A stretch of DNA of 64,000 bases from Octopus sinensis. Its lineage: Eukaryota. The notes beneath the pieces are model-generated. The model was not told the origin of the DNA. It did not search any database and saw only the letters and a program-made list of their open reading frames with translations. Every line of letters starts with the position of its first letter. Position 1 is the first letter of the stretch. This document shows, one piece after another, positions 58,269 through 64,000 of this stretch. Location: NCBI RefSeq assembly GCF_006345805.1, contig NC_043000.1:35836001-35900000 (forward strand), written 5' to 3'. The position numbers were made by a program, and so were the translations under genes.

Positions 58269-58758
58269 ATACTATAATCATAAATGATTATATATTGAAT
58301 TTTGAGATACCAGAAGGCACCAACTCAACTCAGTATCAGAGCGAGCTAGAATCCGCAACTGGTATCACCGAATTCAATTTGTGAATGAAACGATTGTGTC
58401 AACAGCCCCTTCCCACCCGCGTGTAGCCAAAACAAGATGCTGGGTCATCTACTGAGATAAAATATGGTTATCCGTAATAATGAAGGTGAAATTAATTAAT
58501 TTGGGAAATTAATCAATTACACACCAAGTAGTCTTCGGCATGTAAAAGCCTCATTCGAGGAAAATTTAAGTAATACTAAGCAATAGGGTTTAGCAACGAG
58601 TTGCCTTACCACATACCGAATTTAGAAATAGCAGTCAAAGGGTTATAGCTATTTCTTCTACTAAAAAGGGAGATCTCAGTAAAAACGCATTTGGAAGGCA
58701 GACACAAACAGGTAAGAAGAATGAATTGACTGCAATCTATCATACATTTTTTTAGTTA

Positions 58759-58864
58759 TCCACGGACGTACGTTTCGAAATCAAGTTTTTAGAAAGCATA
58801 AGAATTAAATATTAAATATTAAATAATTCTATCTTACCGAAACTTCTTTTCTCTTCAGCGTAGA
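58759..58864 (-). ncRNA. Type I hammerhead ribozyme, unit 3
   Basis: Same motif as unit 1. Confidence 0.85.
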
Positions 58865-59353
58865 ATACTATAATCATAAATGATTATATATTGAATTTTG
58901 AGATACCAGAAGGCACCAACTCACTCAGTATCAGAGCGAGCTAGAATCCGCAACTGTATCACCGAATTCAATTTGTGAATGAAACGATTGTGTCAACAGC
59001 CCCTTCCCACCCGCGTGTAGCCAAAACAAGATGCTGTGGTCATCTACTGAGATAAATAATGGTTATCCGTAATAATGAAGGGTGAAATTAATTAATTTGG
59101 GAAAATTATCAATTACACCAGTAGTCTTCGGCATGTAAAAGCCTCATTCGAGGAAAATTTAAGTAATACTAAGCAATAAGGGTTTAGCAACGAGTTGCCT
59201 TACCACATACCGAATTTAGAAATAGCATTCAAAGGGTTATAGCTATTTCTTCTACTAAAAAGGGAGATCTCAGTAAAAACAGCATTTGGAAGGCAGACAC
59301 CAACAGGTAAGAGAGAATGAATGACTGCAATCTATCATACTTTTTTTTAGTTA

Positions 59354-59458
59354 TCCACGGACGTACGTTTCGAAATCAAGTTTTTAGAAAGCATAAGAAT
59401 AAATATTAAATATTAAATAATTCTATCTTACCGAAACTTCTTTTCTCTTCAGCGTAGA
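59354..59458 (-). ncRNA. Type I hammerhead ribozyme, unit 4
   Basis: Same motif as unit 1. Confidence 0.85.
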
Positions 59459-59517
59459 ATACTATAACATAATGATTATATATTAATTTTGAGATACCAG
59501 AAGGCACCACTCAACTC

Positions 59518-60045
59518 AGTAGAAGAAATAGCTATAACCCTTGACTGCTATTTCTAATTCGGTATGTGGTAAGGCAACCCACAGCATCTTGTTTTGGCTA
59601 CACGCGGGGGGGAGGGGCTGTTACACAATCGTTTCATTCACAAATTGAATTCGGTGATACCAGTTGCGGATTCTAGCTCGCTCTGATACTGAGTTGAGTT
59701 GGTGCCTTCTGGTATCTCAAAATTCAATATATAATATTTATGATTATAGTATTCTACGCTGAAGAGAAAAGAAGTTTCGGTAAGATAGAATATTTAATAT
59801 TTAATATAATATTTATTCTTCTGCTTTCCTAAAAACTTGATTTCGAAACGTACGTCCGTGGATAACTAAAAAAATGTATGATAGATTGCAGTCAATTCAT
59901 TCTCTCTTACCTGTTTGTGTCTGCCTTCCAAATGCTGTTTTTACTGAGATCTCCCTTTTTAGTAGAAGAATAGCTATAACCCTTGACTGCTATTTCTAAA
60001 TTCGGTATGTGGTAAGGCAACTCGTTGCTAAACCCTTATTGCTTA

Positions 60046-60048
<3 letters not shown>
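59518..60048 (+). repeat. Inverted partial copies of the 594-bp unit
   Basis: 59518-59578 and 59579-60048 are reverse complements of unit segments. Confidence 0.9.
59753..59862 (+). ncRNA. Type I hammerhead ribozyme in the inverted copy
   Basis: tctacgCTGAAGAg...cGAAACGTACGTCcgtgga. Confidence 0.85.
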
Positions 60049-60092
<44 letters not shown>

Positions 60093-60548
60093 ATATATAA
60101 ATTAGAGAAAAAAACACTATCATGCAATTCAAACAATGATAGACATAAACCAAATCATAAAGAAAAAATAAAATATATTATAAAACATATATTTAGATTA
60201 CAAAAAAGTACTAAGAAAATCAATAAACATTATATAATAATTACGGAGATTTACTTGCATAGCGAGTGACTTGATCTGAGATCGTGTGCTGGAACGAAAA
60301 CAATTGCAGCGTGGAAGGTGTTTATAAGCCATTTAAGAAACACACAAAAATAGATTCACTTCAACATTTAAATTTAATTTTATCAAAATATTTTCGTCGC
60401 TTTGAGACCGCGACCTATTCACTGACAAAACTTCGTGCTGCATCATCATATGTTTTATAATATATTTTATTTTTTCTTTATGATTTGGTTTATGTCTATC
60501 ATTGTTTGGATTGCATGATAGTGTTTTTTTTTCTCTAATTTATATATA
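60093..60548 (-). mobile_element. Element with ~95-bp inverted arms enclosing a variant HHR
   Basis: 60093-60190 is the reverse complement of 60448-60548; HHR-like fold at 60376-60432. Confidence 0.75.
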
Positions 60549-60624
60549 TTATATATTTATATTGTGAAATTTGGTTTAATACTAAATTGAATTTTTTCCC
60601 TGTAAGTTTTGGAGTTATACTCCC

Positions 60625-60689
<65 letters not shown>

Positions 60690-61122
60690 TATTATATATA
60701 TATATATATTATATATATATATGTATATGTATGCACATACATAATATATATAGGAAAACTCCAGGCCCTATGCTACCAGCACACAAAACTAAACGACATG
60801 CTGACCGGATACACTTGCCCGGAAGGAACTGCAGCCTCTGAATCAATAAATACTAAGATGCGGAAAGTGGATTGATCCTCTCATTTCGGTTACAATGAGG
60901 GAAGTAAAGACATACCGAGGTTTAGCCAGATTTCCACCAACTGACAAACCCACTTGAAATTATTTTTTTAAATAGATGTCCAGAGATAAAAAAAATAAGA
61001 GGAAGACAGAGAGAAAGAAGTCGAGCGGGGAGGAAGGAGAGGCTAGATTCAAGGGTTATCAGTGCGCATCAAGAAGAAAAGTCCTGGCACCGAAAGAGGG
61101 ATTACTATTAATGTAAGACAGT

Positions 61123-61345
61123 CTAATGTGTTTGCAGTAATCTCTCGGCTTCAGGACATGTCTTGACTACAATGCACGCTGATAACCCTTGACTTGAGCG
61201 TCTGAAACTGCTGTAGTGAACTTTTAAGCCATTTATGTTCTTGTTGTATACAAACACCAGATCCGGAACCTTCCCCTTGTTGGATCTGGAACTGATATTG
61301 GTTCGTGAAACTGTACGCCATTGTGCGTGGATATATTCTTCCATG
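61123..61345 (-). mobile_element. Possible LINE APE-endonuclease remnant
   Basis: PTRG in one frame followed by DLVF in another. Confidence 0.35.
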
Positions 61346-61631
61346 CACAGGTATATCTCTACGTATTGTGTATATTTGTGTGTGCATGTACCTGTAAGGT
61401 TAAGTGTGTGAATATGTCAACATAGACATGTGTTTGTACATGGTGTATACACGGATGTGCAAACCTCGGCCGTCATTTTGTATCCTTAATATTTGTTGGG
61501 GATCTCTCAAACACACGCACGCACACAGACGCACACAAACATCCATACCATGTGTGTAATCGTTCTGTTGTATGAGCATGTGTAAATGTACGTATGTATG
61601 TATGTATTTATGTATGTATGCATGTATGTAT

Positions 61632-61668
<37 letters not shown>

Positions 61669-62099
61669 ATGTCTGTATGTATGTATGTATGTATCTATCT
61701 GTCTGTCTGTCTGCCTTTCTGTCTTTCTGTCATTCTATCTATCTATCTATCTTTTATGCATTTATATATCTATATATTTATACACCCGGACATGCATTGG
61801 GATGGAATATTTTTTATTTAATGGAATTCACATAATTTTGATGAGACAGCTTCAAACGATTGTTGACAGCCGACAGATATCGTGTTTATTAGATATTTTG
61901 CAAAGAAATTATGTGTTCTCAATACCCAAAAGTTCTATCATTATTTTACCAAATAATTCGTTTTTAACTCGAAGTAGTTAAAGCTATAAATAATTGAGTG
62001 TAATTACTGAGTTTAAAAGCTCCTTCGATAGAAAAATTCGACGACAGTCTTCGATATTTCTATCCAAAAGGTCTTTAAAGCCAAGTCTGACACCATATG

Positions 62100-62315
62100 A
62101 AGGCGGTGAACAGGCTGAGTCGTTACCGCGTCGGTCGAAATGCTTAGTAACATTTCTTCCGAATTTACATTCTGAGTTCAAATTCTGCCGGGGTCTACTT
62201 TACTTTTCATCCTTTCGGGGCCGATAAAATAAATATCAGTTGAACATTGGAGTCGATTTTTATCAACTTACCCCTCCCCCAAAATTACTGGTCTTGTAAC
62301 AAAATTTAAAACCAA
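62100..62315 (+). mobile_element. Family B SINE (diverged)
   Basis: gagttcaaattctgcc...tttcatcctttcggggccgataaa. Confidence 0.7.
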
Positions 62316-62795
62316 CATTTACATGCTATTGTTCATACGTTACGATTTTTTTTTTACATAGAATTCATTCGTTAAAAATAGATTATTTCATATTTCGAAA
62401 TTTCCAAATTCTAATGACATAAATTTTATAAAGATATTTCACTGGACTCGGAAACCACGGATAAAAGGAAAAATGTAAGGAGAAACCGAAGTAAATATTT
62501 CTTCTGCATAAATATCAACGTATCAAGACTCTATCACAATATAATTCAGGGTAATATAGATTCGTGTCTCGTAAAGCCGACACTTTGATCCGTAGTCAAT
62601 AATATTAAGTGAATAAGATATAAACACTTGTTTGCTGGATGAAACACAACACTGTTGTAGGCAAGATTCCCAGAAAATTTGGCACCGCTTATCGATAGTT
62701 TGGTGAGGTGAGGCACATAAATTTAAGTGTTCTGCTTTAACTTCTCACCAATTACATATGCCGACTGTCTCTCTTACGTTCTCCCAACGCATGCT

Positions 62796-62855
<60 letters not shown>

Positions 62856-62962
62856 ACAAAAGAAGGGGTGTATTTCAACACAATATATGTATGTATATAT
62901 ATATATTATATATATATATATATATTATATATATATATAATATATATATATATACACACATA

Positions 62963-63124
62963 GGCGCAGGCATGTCCGTGTGGTAAATAGCTTGCTTACC
63001 AACCACATGGCTTCGGGTTCAGTCCAACTGCGTGGTACCTTGGGCAAGTGTCTGCTACTATAAGCCTCGAGCCGACTAAAGCCTTGTGAGTGGATTTGGT
63101 AGACGGAAAATGAAAGAAGCCCGT

Positions 63125-63167
<43 letters not shown>

Positions 63168-63354
63168 GTTTGTGTGTCCCTCCACCTTCACTTGATAACC
63201 GATGCTGGTGCATTTATGTACCCGTAACTTAGCGGTTCCACAAAAGAGACCGATAGAATAAGTACTAGGCTTGCAAAGAAGTCCTGGGGTCGATTTGCTC
63301 GACTAAAGACGGTTCTCCAGCATGCCCGCAGTCAAATGACTGAAACAAGTAAAA

Positions 63355-63357
<3 letters not shown>
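62963..63357 (+). mobile_element. Full-length family A CORE-type SINE
   Basis: tRNA-like head (gtgtggtaa..gggttcagtcc), CORE-like ccttgggcaagtg, internal (TA)/(TG) tract, 3' gactgaaacaagtaaaag. Confidence 0.85.
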
Positions 63358-63433
<76 letters not shown>

Positions 63434-64000
63434 TTGTGTGTGCATGCGTGCGTGAGTGCATGCGTGCGTGAGTGCATGCGTGCGTGTGTGCATATCTGTG
63501 TGTATGTATATAGACAATACATATATTTATACATATATGTGTATGTACATGCAACATAAAGAAAATGAGGGGTTTAGTTCACTGCTGATCTAAACGAATA
63601 TGTACACCAAGTGCTATAATTGGTCAAACGTTATGTTCCAAGTTCACAACTGAGGCTGGAGCTAGGGACGTTTAGTAGGCTTCTGAGTTAGCAGGTATAT
63701 ATTAGAGGTAAAAGGACAACAAAGGCCAAGGCAGGACAGGTGTCTCAAGTTATTTAGAATATTTAATTAGAGTAAAGTGAATTTGAAGTAGTTAATTATT
63801 AGATGTCTAACAGCTGTTTCTGGGATATCCCAAGTGATAGGTTAGCACCCCCATACACTGGATATTCCGTCATTAGAGACAAAGTATGTATGAAAGTTCT
63901 AGACAGGGAATTCACAGTTTATAAGGAATAGAATAGTAGATAGAAGAATAAAGAGAAGAAACAGTAGATAGAAGAATACAGACAGGAGAATAAAGTTCAC

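Larger units (their letters stand above)
57278..59521 (-). repeat. Head-to-tail array of a ~594-bp non-coding unit (3 full copies plus 1 partial), one HHR per unit
   Basis: Unit starts gttatccgtaataatgaag at 57278, 57874, 58467 and 59062. Confidence 0.95.

Overview
Repeat-saturated eukaryotic intergenic or intronic DNA. The SINE families and the extreme (TA)n/(TATG)n/(TAA)n density suggest an octopus or other cephalopod (inference). No host protein-coding gene is supported. Nearly all listed ORFs are microsatellite read-through, and the few protein-like ORFs are decayed transposon pieces: a near-full-length mariner, CR1-like, RTE, R4/Dong-like, Tx1-like and Hero-like fragments, and Penelope-type GIY-YIG remnants. 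The most notable signal is a set of hammerhead-ribozyme (HHR)-bearing non-coding repeats. (1) A ~594-bp head-to-tail array at 57.3-59.5 kb carries one canonical type I HHR per unit, followed by an inverted copy; this is retrozyme-like or Penelope pseudo-LTR-like. (2) A second family has an HHR fold with a swapped G3-C8 core. (3) Several minimal HHRs from other families are scattered through the window. There are also SINE concatemers with a fixed junction and a 28-bp minisatellite rich in NF-kB/STAT-like motifs. All calls were made by eye, and TE boundaries are approximate.
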